64,000 nucleotides of DNA from an uncultured delta proteobacterium (GCA_963803435.1 CAWDML010000014.1:64001-128000); one strand, 5' to 3'; positions 40,367 through 51,291 are shown, numbered from the stretch's first letter. Translations and numbers: made by a program. Notes: generated by a model from the sequence alone, not told the origin.

Positions 40367-42163
40367 ATGACAGATGGCGTGACGACCCGTCGTTCCTTCA
40401 CCACGATCAACCCGGTCCGGCCCGAGGATCGGAAGACGCTGAAGACGGACGCAAAGACGCAGATCGAGCAGGCCGCCGAGGTGGTCTCCGCTCCTGCCAA
40501 CCGACCCACAGCGCAGAGCGCGCTCGATGCCCGGCGCGGCCTCCGCTACGATCCGACGCTCCAGCAGCTCCAGAGCCGCTTCAACAACCAGGTCCCGAAG
40601 GTGGACGAGAGCGGTGGGACGGTCACCATCACCGGCAGCGACGAGTCGGACCGCATCCGCATCCAGCAGGATCAGGATCAGATCCACGCCTACTACACCG
40701 ACGCGAACAACGAGGAGCAGCTCCTCGGCGAGTGGAACGCCGACGACGTCGTCGAGATCCGCGTCGACGGCGGGGATGGGGACGACGTCATCATCGGCGA
40801 GGACGTCGACGATCGCGTGACCCTCGGCGGCGGCGCGGGCGACGACCGCATCATCAACCAGGGCGGCACGGAGCGGACGGATCGCTCCGCCACTCTCGAC
40901 GGAGGCGAAGGCGACGACCTGATGATCAACACGCGCACCGGCGCGACGATCCAGGCCGGCGCGGGCGCCAACGAGATCTACAACTCCGGCGATCTCTCGA
41001 CGATCGGCGGCGAGGGCGACGGCGTCGACAGCGAAGACACGGTCTTCAATGCGGCCGATGGTGTCGACGTCTCCTACGAGAACCAAGGCGGCCACCAGAT
41101 CACCAGCCTCGGCGACCTCAACGACATCAAGACCGCGGGCGAGGGCGGCTCGGTCAACGTCGTCGGCGACCAGAACCGCACCACGCTCAACGGTCGGTTC
41201 AACGACGTCACGGTCCAGGGCGACGAGAACGCGACCGTCGGCAAGACCGGAGACAACTCGGTCCGCGTGGCTGGCCAGGGAAACGGCGTCGATCTGATCG
41301 GCACCGGCAACAACATCGACATCAACGGCGACCAGAACGTGGTGGCCACCGACAACGCGGCCGGCATCCTCCTCGACAACTTCGATAAGCTCGACGCAGA
41401 CGGCGATGGCGTGCTGCTGCCGGAGGAGATCAAGCAGATCCCAGGGGCCGAAGACATCGCGGGCGCCACCGACTCGTTGATGTTCGCCACTATCCAGGAT
41501 GGGAGCAACGCGTGGCACGGGCTCTCGCGCGAGGATCTCCAGACGGTCGCCGACCGCATGTACAAGGGAGAGTCGCTCGATCAGATCAGCCAGGATCTTC
41601 GAGAGAATTCCTGGCTGGGCCAGCAGCTGACCGCCAGCGGACAGCCGGTCAACGCGGACACGTTCGGCGAGGCCGTCAACCGGTATCGACAGGACAACCC
41701 GCGCCCCGATGTCGATCCGATGACGCTCACGCCGATGCTCGACGCGAACACGATCGGCGTCTGGGGCGATCAGAACCTGGTCGCCGCCCCCGGACCGAAC
41801 ACGTGGCTCGGATACGAGGGCTCGGGCAACACGATCAACGTCGGCGGACAGAGCGCCGTGGCCGGAGCCGGCGACTTCAACCAGGTCAATCTCGGCGGAC
41901 CGAACAGCATGCTCGCGTTCCAGGGCTCCGGCAACGCCATCAGCTCCGGCGATGGAAACTCGGTGCTGGGCGTCGGCGACTTCAACACGATCGAGTCGGC
42001 GGGCCGGAACCTCATCGAGGTCGAGGGCAACAACATGGTGAACGGCCAGCTCCAGACGGCCCTGGCGCCGTACTTCGCGACGCTGGCCCCCGACCAGGGA
42101 ATGCCGCCCGATCTGCTGATCGCGTCGCTGCTCCAGCAGAGGGGTGAAGGGGAGCAGGCATGA
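40367..42163 (+). CDS. RTX-like/EF-hand calcium-binding beta-roll protein without Sec signal
   Basis: GGDGDDVI, GGAGDDRI, GGEGDDLM nonapeptides; DKLDADGDGVLLPEE EF-hand; GxxN beta-helix repeats. Confidence 0.75.
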   Translation: MTDGVTTRRSFTTINPVRPEDRKTLKTDAKTQIEQAAEVVSAPANRPTAQSALDARRGLRYDPTLQQLQSRFNNQVPKVDESGGTVTITGSDESDRIRIQQDQDQIHAYYTDANNEEQLLGEWNADDVVEIRVDGGDGDDVIIGEDVDDRVTLGGGAGDDRIINQGGTERTDRSATLDGGEGDDLMINTRTGATIQAGAGANEIYNSGDLSTIGGEGDGVDSEDTVFNAADGVDVSYENQGGHQITSLGDLNDIKTAGEGGSVNVVGDQNRTTLNGRFNDVTVQGDENATVGKTGDNSVRVAGQGNGVDLIGTGNNIDINGDQNVVATDNAAGILLDNFDKLDADGDGVLLPEEIKQIPGAEDIAGATDSLMFATIQDGSNAWHGLSREDLQTVADRMYKGESLDQISQDLRENSWLGQQLTASGQPVNADTFGEAVNRYRQDNPRPDVDPMTLTPMLDANTIGVWGDQNLVAAPGPNTWLGYEGSGNTINVGGQSAVAGAGDFNQVNLGGPNSMLAFQGSGNAISSGDGNSVLGVGDFNTIESAGRNLIEVEGNNMVNGQLQTALAPYFATLAPDQGMPPDLLIASLLQQRGEGEQA

Positions 42164-42948
42164 AGCGGCCCGACGACACCAAGAAGCTTCGCAAGCACCT
42201 GACGAATCATCTCGGGACTCCGACCGAGCTGTATCGGATGTCCAAGAACCCGCAGAAGGGCTCGGCGATCAGCGACCTGACCATCGCCTACTTCGCTCCC
42301 GGCGGCCCGAGCAGCCGCGTGGTCTTCGCCACGGTCGGCGCCTATCGGCACCGCATGAGCGACGGCCGCCGCATGGAGGCGCTGACGATCCTGCGGAAGG
42401 AGCCCACCGGGGCCGCCTTCGAGGCCGTCCGCGCCCTCCTCTCCTCGATCGTCCTGGTGCCCGAGGCCTACCATCGCACGCTGCGGCACGGTGACATCCT
42501 GCGGGCGCGCGAATACCTCGCGGGCTTCTCTTCGATGGACGCGGTCCTGCTGATGCCCCCGATGCCGTTCACGGCGCCGTTCCACCGCGCACCGCTCTCC
42601 CAGTCCGGGGAGGCGGTCGACTGGATGTGGCTGATCCCGATCTACGAGGCCGAAGGCCAGTACGCGCTCGACCACGGCTACCAGGCGCTCATGGTCCTGT
42701 TCGCCGCGCAGGGGCTCGACCTGACCGACCCGAACCGTCCCCAGGCCGACGTCGCCATCGATCCGGTCGACGCGGTCGAGCTGGCGAAGGGCGCCACCGG
42801 GAAGCGCATCGAGGCGGCCCGCGCGGCGCGCCGGCGAGCGCGCCCGGACCAGCCGAAGACCGCGCCCCGCAACGTCGGCAAGGGCTCCTTCGAGGTCACG
42901 ATCGATCAGAAGGCCAGCGCCGTCCGCATCACCCGGCGCCGGAAGTAG
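42160..42948 (+). CDS. suppressor of fused (SUFU) domain protein
   Basis: FATVG, GDIL, WLIPIYEAE..YALDHG..AL, DPNRP; ATGA overlap with the RTX-like gene. Confidence 0.8.
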   Translation: MKRPDDTKKLRKHLTNHLGTPTELYRMSKNPQKGSAISDLTIAYFAPGGPSSRVVFATVGAYRHRMSDGRRMEALTILRKEPTGAAFEAVRALLSSIVLVPEAYHRTLRHGDILRAREYLAGFSSMDAVLLMPPMPFTAPFHRAPLSQSGEAVDWMWLIPIYEAEGQYALDHGYQALMVLFAAQGLDLTDPNRPQADVAIDPVDAVELAKGATGKRIEAARAARRRARPDQPKTAPRNVGKGSFEVTIDQKASAVRITRRRK

Positions 42949-42972
42949 GCCTGCGCCGCGTCACTTCGGTCC

Positions 42973-45900
42973 TTACGGAGGGCACGCCTGGCAGAGCGAG
43001 CCGCCGCAGTCGACGTCGGCCTCGTCCTGATCCTGGATCCCGTCCGCGCACAGCGTCTGGAACGAGCCGACGGCGATCGCCACCGGATTCCCGTAGCGGA
43101 GCGCCCAGCGGTCGCCGGCCCAGGTGATCGACGGTCGTGAGCCGAGCCCCACCGGATAGTCGTCGCGGAAGGTCAGCGACGGCGTCACCAGCAGGACACC
43201 CACGCTTTCGACGTTGTTGTCGAGGTAGTCGTAGGCCACCGCGAACTCGGTCCCGTTCCAGTCGATCGAGGGCGGCGAGGATAGGAACACGTTGGAGCCG
43301 CCCACCGCGTGGTGCGTGCCGCTGATCGTGCAGCTCGGCGTAATCCGGACCACGTCGATCGAGTTCGTGGCCTCGTAGTACGCGGCCACGATGTTGCTGC
43401 CGTCCCAGACCGTGGACACGAAGGCGCCGCCGGCGGGGAAGCCGGCGAGCGCGGTGTCGCTGCCGGGGATCAACGCTCCGGCGGCGTTGGTCCGGACGCA
43501 TCTCACCTCGGAGGCCGAAGAGTAGATGATGGTGTAGCCGCTCCCCGTGAAGTGCGCGTTCGGCTGGACGTCGTCGGAACCGTCGACGATCGTCAGCGCC
43601 GTGGGGCTCGAGGCCGTGCCGTCGAGCTGAACGACCCGGAAGCGAAGGCGATCGGAGACCGCGCCGTCCTCCCGGTACACCAGGCCGAACGCCGTGCTCC
43701 CGTTCCAGGCCGGCCAGAAGTTGAAGGACGTCGTGCCCGCCACGTTCTGGTTCAGCAAGGTGGAGGCGGCGGTCTCGTCGCTGGCGGCATAGTCGATCCC
43801 GTTCGAGCTGCTGAAGAAGTAGCGGAAGTCCGTCCCATCGAACTCGATGGACTCGGCGCTGAGCGTTCCGCCGCCCCCGCTGCCGAGGGCTGGTCCCGTC
43901 ACCGCGTCATCGAGCTCACGAGTGTTCGATCCGATCACCGTGTCGCCCGTCGAGCCGTCGAAGCCGAGGACGGCGAGGCGCGTCGCACCCCAGCGAACGT
44001 TCTGACGCTTGGTGAAGAGCGTCCCGCCCGTCAGCCCCGGATAGGTGGTGGAGGCCAGGATGGTCTCCTCATCGTCGATCACCTGGATCGGGTGGGTGGC
44101 GGACACCTCTTCCACGATCGAGAGGTCGACGTCGACCAGCTCGCGGACCGTGTTGGTATCGTCCGCCGCAGTGACCGTCACGGCCACCGGCGTATCGAAG
44201 TCGCCCTGGCCGAAGACGATGCTCGACGGGTTGAAGGAGAGCGTCGCGAGCGTCGAGGTGATCACGACCGTGTCGGTGCCGCCCTCGGAGAGCCGGGGCG
44301 GGAAGCCGAGGCTCACCTGGAACGTGACCCCGGGGCCGCCTTCCTGAACGCTGGTGGGCAACGTCGTCGGGACCGAGTTGGCGATGATGACCTGCTGGTC
44401 GTCGTCGATGACGTCGAGCTGGAGCGTCACCTCGGCCGCGCCCTCGGGCGGCGGGACGGCTCCGGTCGACAGCGTGAGCTGGCTCGACTCGTCGTCGAGG
44501 TCGGCGTCCTGGGACCCATCCACGGTCACGCGCTGGACCGTGTCGAAGTTCGTCGAGTCGAACACCAGCGAGCTGGGAGACACCGATGCGATCGTCGGAT
44601 CGGCCAGCGTGACCGTGACCGTGATCGGGTTGGTGGGCCGGAACGCCAGCACCACGTTGAACCCGTCGGATCCGCCCTCGAGCACGGTGACCGGGAACGC
44701 CTGGGTCAGGATCGCCTGCGTGTCATCGTCGGCGACCGTCACTGTGGTGACCTGCGTGGTCACGCTCGGCGACGTGAATTGCACCGCCACGCTCTCGTCG
44801 CGGACGTCGTCGTCGTCCTGGGGCGTGAACGTCACGGTCTGCGCCGCCGTGTAGTTCCCGGAGTTGAAGGTCAGTGTCGCCGGCGCCGCCGAGACCGCGG
44901 CCGGATCCGGCGACGTCACGGTGACCGTCTGGCTCCCGGAGGGATCCTGCGACAGGCGGACCGTCACGGTGCCCGCCGAACCGCCCTCGGTCAACGCCAG
45001 CGTGGCGGCCGACACCACGATGTCCTGGATGTCGATGTCGTTCACGTCGACGGTCACCGTCCGGTTCGGCGTGGGCGCGACGTCGGAGGCGAGCGTGATC
45101 GTGACGGTCTCGTCGAGGATGTCCTCGTCGGTCTCGCCGTGGACGCTCACCGTCACCGGCGTGGCGTAGTTGGCCGCAGTGAACACGATCGAGGCCGGGC
45201 TGACGGTGGCCGCGCCCACGTCGCTCGACACCAGCGTCACCGTCTCCGACGGGGCGGTCGGGATGAAGGCCAGCCGCACGGTGAACGTACCGGTCTGCTC
45301 CTCGTCGATCGCCAGCGTGTTGGCGCTGAGCACGATCGCCTGATCGTCGTCGTCGGTGACATCGACGGTGACTACCTGATCCGCGAGGCCCGCCGAGCTC
45401 AGCGTCACCGTGGTGCTCTCGTCGAGCTGATCCGCGTCGCTCACGCCGTTTGCCATCACGGTCTGCGGCATGCTCCAGTTCGCCGAGGTGAAGACCAGAG
45501 AGGTGGGCGTGGTGGTCGCCACCGTCGGATCGGTGCTCACCAAGGTGACGGTGGTGTCGCTCTGCGGCTGGAACGCCAGCCGCGCGGTGAACGGAGCCGA
45601 CTGGCCTTCGGTCACGCTCACCTGATTCGCGGAGACCACAATCGCCTGGGTGTCGTCGTCGGTCACCGTGACCACGACCAGCTCGCCGGGCGCGACCGCG
45701 GTGGTGACGTCGATGTTGACCATCTCGGAGACCACGTCCTGATCCGAGACGCCCGTGACGTTGACGGTCTGCGGCACGTTGTAGTTGCCCGGAGTGAACG
45801 TCAGCGTCGCGGGGGACACGGCAGCCGCGCCCGGATCGGTGGAGGTGATGCTCACCGTCGTCGACGCATTCGGCGCGAAGGCGAAGCTCACCGCGAACTG

Positions 45901-48900
45901 GCCGGGCGCCCCCTCCTCCGTCACCGTCAGGCTCGTCGGCGTCACCACCAGCGCCTGCACGTCGTCGTCGGACACCGTCACCGCCACCATGCCGGCCACG
46001 GGCACGGACACCGACGACACGGTGATCGTCACGTTCTCGTCCCGCGTGTCGACGTCGGTCACCGGCGTCACGGTCACCGTCTGCGGCGTGGAGAAGTCGT
46101 TGCCGTCGAAGCTCAGCGACGCCGGCGCCACCGACGCTGCGCCGGCGTCGCTCGACGCCAGCGAGACCGTCACGGGGCCCGACGGCATGAACTGCAGGCT
46201 GACGGCGAAGGTCCCGGCCGCACCGCCCTCCGTCAGCGACAGCGACGTCGGATTGATCACGAACGTCTGGGTATCGTCGTCGGTCACGTTCACCGCCACC
46301 GACTGCGAGGCCACGCCGGCGGACGTCACGTCGATCGTCGTCCCGTCGTCGACCAGATCGATGTCCTGGCTCCCGGAGACCGTCACCGTCTGAGGCTGAT
46401 CCCAGGTGGCCGCCGTGAACGGCAGCGAGGCCGGCGCGGCCGTCGCCACCAGCGCGTCGTTCGACGCCACGCCGACGGTCACGTTCGCCCCCGGGATGAA
46501 CGCGAGCCGCACCGAGAAGGTCTGGGTGCCGCCCTCCGGAACCGTCAGCGACAGCGGCGTCACCACCAGGGCCTGCGTGTCGTCGTCGGTGACGCTCACC
46601 GACACGTCCACGCTGTTGGCGATGGCCGACGAGAGCCGGATCGTGACGGCCTCGTTCGCGAGATCCTGATCCTGGACGCCGGTGATCGTCAGCGTCTGCG
46701 GCGTCGAGAAGTTCCCGGCCGTGAAGGTGAGCGTCGCCGGCGTGCCGGTCGCCGCCCCCGGATCGAGGCTGGTCACGGTCACCGTGGCCGCGTTGACCGG
46801 GTTGTACGCGAGCCGGACCGTCACGCTGGCGTCGGTCGCACCCTCCGCGACGGTGACCGATGTCTGGCTCAGGACCAGCGCCTGGACGTCGTCGTCGTTG
46901 ACCGTGACGGCCACCGCGGTATTCGCCGGCGCGCCGCCGCCCGAGAGCGTGACCGTCACGTTCTCGTCGAGAGTGTCATTGTCGTCGAGGCCGTTCACCG
47001 CGACACTCTGCGGCATCGAGTAGTTGCCAGCGTCGAACGTCAGCGTGGCCGGCACGACCGAGAGCGCGCCGGCGTCGCTGTTCGCCAGGTTGACTGTGAC
47101 CTGCGAGAGCGGGTTGAACGCGAGCCGCACGGTGAAGCTCCCGCTGGAGTTCTCCGCGACGACCAGGCTGTTGGACGAGACCACGATCGACTGCGTGTCG
47201 TCGTCGTTGACCGTGATCGCCACCGTGCGATTCGCGGCCACCGCCGAGGAGAGCGTGATGGTGGCGCTGCCATTCTGGGTATCGTCGTCCTGCGGCGCCA
47301 TGACCGTGACCGTCTGGGGCACGGACCAGTTGCCGGTCGTGAACGACAGAGACACCGGCGCGGCGGTCGCCGCGGCCGGATTCGAGGTGGCCACGCTGAC
47401 GGTCACCGGCGTGACCGGATCGAAGCCGAGGCGTGCGGTGAAGGTGGCCGTACCGCCCTCGTTCATCGTGATCGCCGTCCGACTGAGCGTGATGACCTGC
47501 GTGTCGTCGTCCGTCACCGAGACGGAGATGGTCTGGCTCGGCGCGACCGACGTCTGCACAGTTATGGTCGCGTTCTCGTTCGCTGTGTCGTTGTCTTGCA
47601 CGCCCGCGACGGTCAGGCTCTGCGCTACCGAGTAGTTGGCCGAGGTGAAGGTGAAGGAAGCGGGGGTAGCGCTGGCGGCGCCCGCGTCGCTCGACGCGGC
47701 CGTGACCGTCACCGGGTTCACCGGGTCGAACGCCAGGCTGACCCCGACCACCTGCGACGCCCCTTCGGTGAGCGCGACCGTGTTGGTGGTGAGCACCAGC
47801 GCTTGCACATCGTCGTCCGTCACCGAGACGGTCACGGCCTGTGTGGGCGCGACTGCGCTGGTGATCTGCACGTTGACCGTCTCGTTGCGGGTGTCCGCGT
47901 CCTGAACCGCGCTCAGCATCACGGCCTGCGGCGTCGAGTAGTTCGCCGAGGTGAACGTCAGCGTGGTGGGGTTCGCGACCACGGCGCCCGAATCGCCACT
48001 GGTGATGGTCACCGTGGCCGGGTTCACCGGGTTGAAGGCCAGCGCCACCGTCACCGAGCCGCTGCTGCCTTCGTTGAGCGCGAGCGTGGCGGCGCTGACG
48101 ACCAGGGCCTGGGTGTCGTCGTCCGCGATGGTGACGCTGACGATGCGTGAGGTCAGCCCGGCGCTGCTGACCGTGAGGGTCAGCGCCTCGTTGAGCGCAT
48201 CGTTGTCCGCGTTCGGCGTGACGGAGACCGCCTGCGCTACGTTCCAGTTGTTCCCGTCGAAGCTGAGCGAGGCCGCGCCCAGCGTCACGTCGCCGGGATC
48301 GGAGGGCGTGATCGCGACGCTGACCGGACCGGCCGGCTGCTGCGTCAGGCTGACGTTGAAGGATCCGGCGGCACCACCCTCGGTGAGGGCCAGGCTCGTC
48401 GGGTTGACGTTCAGGTTGAGGACGTCGTCGTCGACCACGGTGACCGACACCGTCACGCTGGTCAGACCGGCCGAGGCGACGATCACGTCGGCGGTCTCGT
48501 CCGTCACATCGGCGTCCTGCACGCCGCTGATCGACACGATCTGCGGCGTCGCGTAGTTCGCCGAGGTGAACGTCAGCATGGCCACGGAGGGTGTCGCCGC
48601 GGCGGGGTTCTGCGAGGTGATCGAGACCGTCACGGGCGACGCCGGCTGGAACGCCAGGCTGATCGAAACGTCGTCGCTGCCGCCCTCGTTCACCGAGAGG
48701 ACCGTCGGGCTCACGACCAGCGCCTGCGTGTCGTCGTCGGTGACGGACACGGTGACCGTCACCGGCGTGAGGCCAAAGGAGGTGATCGTGACCGACACCG
48801 TCTCGTTCTGGAGGTTCTGATCCTGGACGGCCGCCAGCACCACCGGCTGCGGCGTGTCGTAGTTCGCGGGCGTGAAGGTCAGCATCGCCGGTCCGGCCGT

Positions 48901-51291
48901 CACCGCCGGATCAGCGGAGGCCACGCTCACCGTCACGTTCGCCGCCGGCTGGAAGGCCAGGCTGACGTTGACCATGTCGGACGCGCCTTCGCCCAGGGAG
49001 ACCGCGGTTCGATCGACGACCAGCGCCTGCGTGTCGTCGTCGGCGACGGTGACCGCGACAATCGCGGGGGTGAGGCCCGTCCCCGAGACGGTGACCATTA
49101 CGTTCTCGTTCATCACGTCGGCGTCGTCGGTACCGAGCACGGTGACGGACTGCGGACTGTCCCAGTCACCCGCGTCGAACATGAGCACGGTCGGCGCCAC
49201 CGAGGCGGCGCCCGCGTCGGAGGATTCAATCGAAAGCGCCACCGCGGCGGAGGGCTGGAAGGCGAGCCGGGCGGTGAAGACCCCCGCGCCGTTCTCCGCG
49301 AGCGCGAGCGCGTTGGTGTCGAGCACGATTGCCTGCGAGTCGTCGTCGGTGACCGTCACCTGGACGCTCACGTCGGAGAGCCCGCCGGAGGAGAGCACGA
49401 CCGAGCTCTGCTCGTCGGTGGTGTTCTGATCGTCGAGCGCAGCCACGGTCACCGTGTGGGGCGTGTTCCAGTCGGCCGGCGTGAAGACGATCGCCGTGGG
49501 GTTGACGCCGATGAACGCGTCCGCCGGCGTGAGATCGACGGTGACGTCGGCGCTCGGCTGGAACGCCAGCGTGACGTCGAACGTCGCGCTGCCGTTCTCG
49601 GGGACCACGATGGCGGGGCTGCCGGTGACGATCGCCTGCACGTCGTCGTCGAGCACGGTGACGGGGATGGAGACCGTGGTGAGCCCGGCCGCGGCCAGCT
49701 CCAGCGTGTCGCTCTCGTCGGCCACGTCCTGATCCTGAACGCCGTCGATCGTGAGCGTCTGGACGGTGTCCCAATCGACCGGGGTGAAGGTCAGTGTGCC
49801 CGGGCTGGTCGCGAACGCACCGCCGACCGAGGTCGCCGAGACCGTGACGTCCCCGCCGGGCTGGGCGGAGAGGCGGACTCCTACGCTCGCGCTCCCGCCC
49901 TCGCCCACGGTCAGCGAGCCCATGTCGGCGAGGAGTGTGAGCGTGTCGTCGTCGACGACGGTGACGGAAACCGTGACATCGCCGGCGCCCGGCGCGGACA
50001 GCACGATGGTGGCGCTGCCGTTCATGGCGTCGGCGTCGTCCTGGCCTGCCACGTCGACGAACTGGACCACGTCCCAATCCGCGGGCGTGAAGGTGAGGCT
50101 CGGGGGCGCGACCTGGATCTGCGCGGCGTCCGAGGCCGCCAGCGAGACGACGACGTCGCCCGCCGGCACGAAGCCGAGCCTGACCCCGAACGTGGCAGTG
50201 GCGTTCTCACCGACGGTGACCGTGGCCGTGGTGACCTCGATGGTCTGCGTGTCGTCGTCCACGACGGTGACGCCCACCAGCACGGACGCGCCCACGTCGG
50301 GCGACGTCACCGTCAGCACGGCGGTATCGTCGGAGATGTTCGGATCGTCGACGCCGAACACGATCACATCCTGCGGCATGTTCCAGTTCTGGGGCGTGAA
50401 GGTCAGCGTGGCCGTCCCGACCTGGGCGACGCCAGGGTCCGAGGAGACGATCGAGACGGTGACGTCTCCGCTCGGCTCGGCGGTCAGGCTCACTGCGACG
50501 GTCGCCGACCCGGCCTCGCCCACCGTGATCGACGAGGTGCTCACCCGCAAACCTTGCGAGTCGTTGTCGTTGATGGTGACCGGTACGGTCGCGCCCTCCC
50601 CGGCCGGGTTGTCGAAGGTGACGTCGACCGTGTTGGCGGCAATGTCGTTGTCGTCCCGCGCGGTCAGCGTGACGGTCTGGACCACGTCCCAGCTCTGGGG
50701 CTCGAACGTGAGGGTCGCGTCGCTCAGCGTCAGCCGCGAGGTGTCACCCGAGGCAACGGCCACCGCAACCGGACCGTCGGGGGCCGCCGACAGTCGGACG
50801 TCGACCGTGGCGGTGCCGCCCTCGCTCATCGTGACCGATCCAGGCGTGACCACCAGGTTCGGCGAGTCGTCGTCGACAATCGTGAGCGTGTACGTCGCGC
50901 TCCCGACGTCGGTCTCGACCTTGATGTCGACGAGCTCGTTGTTGGCATCGTCGTCGTCCTGCGGTGTCAGCGTGACGGTGACGCCCGTGGCGAAGTTGTC
51001 GCGACCGAGGGTCGCCTCGGCCGGTTCGATCGTCAGGACCGACGGATCGGTCGAGGTCATCAAGGCCGTGATCGAGCGTCGCGGATCCTCGGTCAGCGTG
51101 ATCGTGAAGGTGACCGGGCCTTGCCCCTCGACGAACGAGAGGGTGGTGGGATCCGGATCGATGACCAGCTGGGGATGGGTCGTCCCGGAATCGGTGACGC
51201 CCGCGTCCTTGCTCGGCGGCGGGTTCTCGTCGGGACACGCGGTGAGACCGACGACGAGGGGGAACAGGATGAGGGTGAGTCTCGACTTCAC
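42973..51291 (-). CDS. giant surface lipoprotein/adhesin with 23 Calx-beta/Ig-like repeats
   Basis: LTAC lipobox after GTG 51291; ~100-aa repeats V.EG...V.L...P...LTF...NW..PQ.V...DDD; C-terminal beta domain and CADGIQDQDEADVDCGG..C..C tail. Confidence 0.9.
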   Translation of the reverse strand: MKSRLTLILFPLVVGLTACPDENPPPSKDAGVTDSGTTHPQLVIDPDPTTLSFVEGQGPVTFTITLTEDPRRSITALMTSTDPSVLTIEPAEATLGRDNFATGVTVTLTPQDDDDANNELVDIKVETDVGSATYTLTIVDDDSPNLVVTPGSVTMSEGGTATVDVRLSAAPDGPVAVAVASGDTSRLTLSDATLTFEPQSWDVVQTVTLTARDDNDIAANTVDVTFDNPAGEGATVPVTINDNDSQGLRVSTSSITVGEAGSATVAVSLTAEPSGDVTVSIVSSDPGVAQVGTATLTFTPQNWNMPQDVIVFGVDDPNISDDTAVLTVTSPDVGASVLVGVTVVDDDTQTIEVTTATVTVGENATATFGVRLGFVPAGDVVVSLAASDAAQIQVAPPSLTFTPADWDVVQFVDVAGQDDADAMNGSATIVLSAPGAGDVTVSVTVVDDDTLTLLADMGSLTVGEGGSASVGVRLSAQPGGDVTVSATSVGGAFATSPGTLTFTPVDWDTVQTLTIDGVQDQDVADESDTLELAAAGLTTVSIPVTVLDDDVQAIVTGSPAIVVPENGSATFDVTLAFQPSADVTVDLTPADAFIGVNPTAIVFTPADWNTPHTVTVAALDDQNTTDEQSSVVLSSGGLSDVSVQVTVTDDDSQAIVLDTNALALAENGAGVFTARLAFQPSAAVALSIESSDAGAASVAPTVLMFDAGDWDSPQSVTVLGTDDADVMNENVMVTVSGTGLTPAIVAVTVADDDTQALVVDRTAVSLGEGASDMVNVSLAFQPAANVTVSVASADPAVTAGPAMLTFTPANYDTPQPVVLAAVQDQNLQNETVSVTITSFGLTPVTVTVSVTDDDTQALVVSPTVLSVNEGGSDDVSISLAFQPASPVTVSITSQNPAAATPSVAMLTFTSANYATPQIVSISGVQDADVTDETADVIVASAGLTSVTVSVTVVDDDVLNLNVNPTSLALTEGGAAGSFNVSLTQQPAGPVSVAITPSDPGDVTLGAASLSFDGNNWNVAQAVSVTPNADNDALNEALTLTVSSAGLTSRIVSVTIADDDTQALVVSAATLALNEGSSGSVTVALAFNPVNPATVTITSGDSGAVVANPTTLTFTSANYSTPQAVMLSAVQDADTRNETVNVQITSAVAPTQAVTVSVTDDDVQALVLTTNTVALTEGASQVVGVSLAFDPVNPVTVTAASSDAGAASATPASFTFTSANYSVAQSLTVAGVQDNDTANENATITVQTSVAPSQTISVSVTDDDTQVITLSRTAITMNEGGTATFTARLGFDPVTPVTVSVATSNPAAATAAPVSLSFTTGNWSVPQTVTVMAPQDDDTQNGSATITLSSAVAANRTVAITVNDDDTQSIVVSSNSLVVAENSSGSFTVRLAFNPLSQVTVNLANSDAGALSVVPATLTFDAGNYSMPQSVAVNGLDDNDTLDENVTVTLSGGGAPANTAVAVTVNDDDVQALVLSQTSVTVAEGATDASVTVRLAYNPVNAATVTVTSLDPGAATGTPATLTFTAGNFSTPQTLTITGVQDQDLANEAVTIRLSSAIANSVDVSVSVTDDDTQALVVTPLSLTVPEGGTQTFSVRLAFIPGANVTVGVASNDALVATAAPASLPFTAATWDQPQTVTVSGSQDIDLVDDGTTIDVTSAGVASQSVAVNVTDDDTQTFVINPTSLSLTEGGAAGTFAVSLQFMPSGPVTVSLASSDAGAASVAPASLSFDGNDFSTPQTVTVTPVTDVDTRDENVTITVSSVSVPVAGMVAVTVSDDDVQALVVTPTSLTVTEEGAPGQFAVSFAFAPNASTTVSITSTDPGAAAVSPATLTFTPGNYNVPQTVNVTGVSDQDVVSEMVNIDVTTAVAPGELVVVTVTDDDTQAIVVSANQVSVTEGQSAPFTARLAFQPQSDTTVTLVSTDPTVATTTPTSLVFTSANWSMPQTVMANGVSDADQLDESTTVTLSSAGLADQVVTVDVTDDDDQAIVLSANTLAIDEEQTGTFTVRLAFIPTAPSETVTLVSSDVGAATVSPASIVFTAANYATPVTVSVHGETDEDILDETVTITLASDVAPTPNRTVTVDVNDIDIQDIVVSAATLALTEGGSAGTVTVRLSQDPSGSQTVTVTSPDPAAVSAAPATLTFNSGNYTAAQTVTFTPQDDDDVRDESVAVQFTSPSVTTQVTTVTVADDDTQAILTQAFPVTVLEGGSDGFNVVLAFRPTNPITVTVTLADPTIASVSPSSLVFDSTNFDTVQRVTVDGSQDADLDDESSQLTLSTGAVPPPEGAAEVTLQLDVIDDDQQVIIANSVPTTLPTSVQEGGPGVTFQVSLGFPPRLSEGGTDTVVITSTLATLSFNPSSIVFGQGDFDTPVAVTVTAADDTNTVRELVDVDLSIVEEVSATHPIQVIDDEETILASTTYPGLTGGTLFTKRQNVRWGATRLAVLGFDGSTGDTVIGSNTRELDDAVTGPALGSGGGGTLSAESIEFDGTDFRYFFSSSNGIDYAASDETAASTLLNQNVAGTTSFNFWPAWNGSTAFGLVYREDGAVSDRLRFRVVQLDGTASSPTALTIVDGSDDVQPNAHFTGSGYTIIYSSASEVRCVRTNAAGALIPGSDTALAGFPAGGAFVSTVWDGSNIVAAYYEATNSIDVVRITPSCTISGTHHAVGGSNVFLSSPPSIDWNGTEFAVAYDYLDNNVESVGVLLVTPSLTFRDDYPVGLGSRPSITWAGDRWALRYGNPVAIAVGSFQTLCADGIQDQDEADVDCGGSLCQACPP

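Noticed and set aside
43309-48150. 1613-aa plus-strand ORF and other long ORFs opposite the adhesin
   Set aside because: Antisense shadows of a GC3-biased repetitive gene; Arg/His/Gly-rich with no motifs
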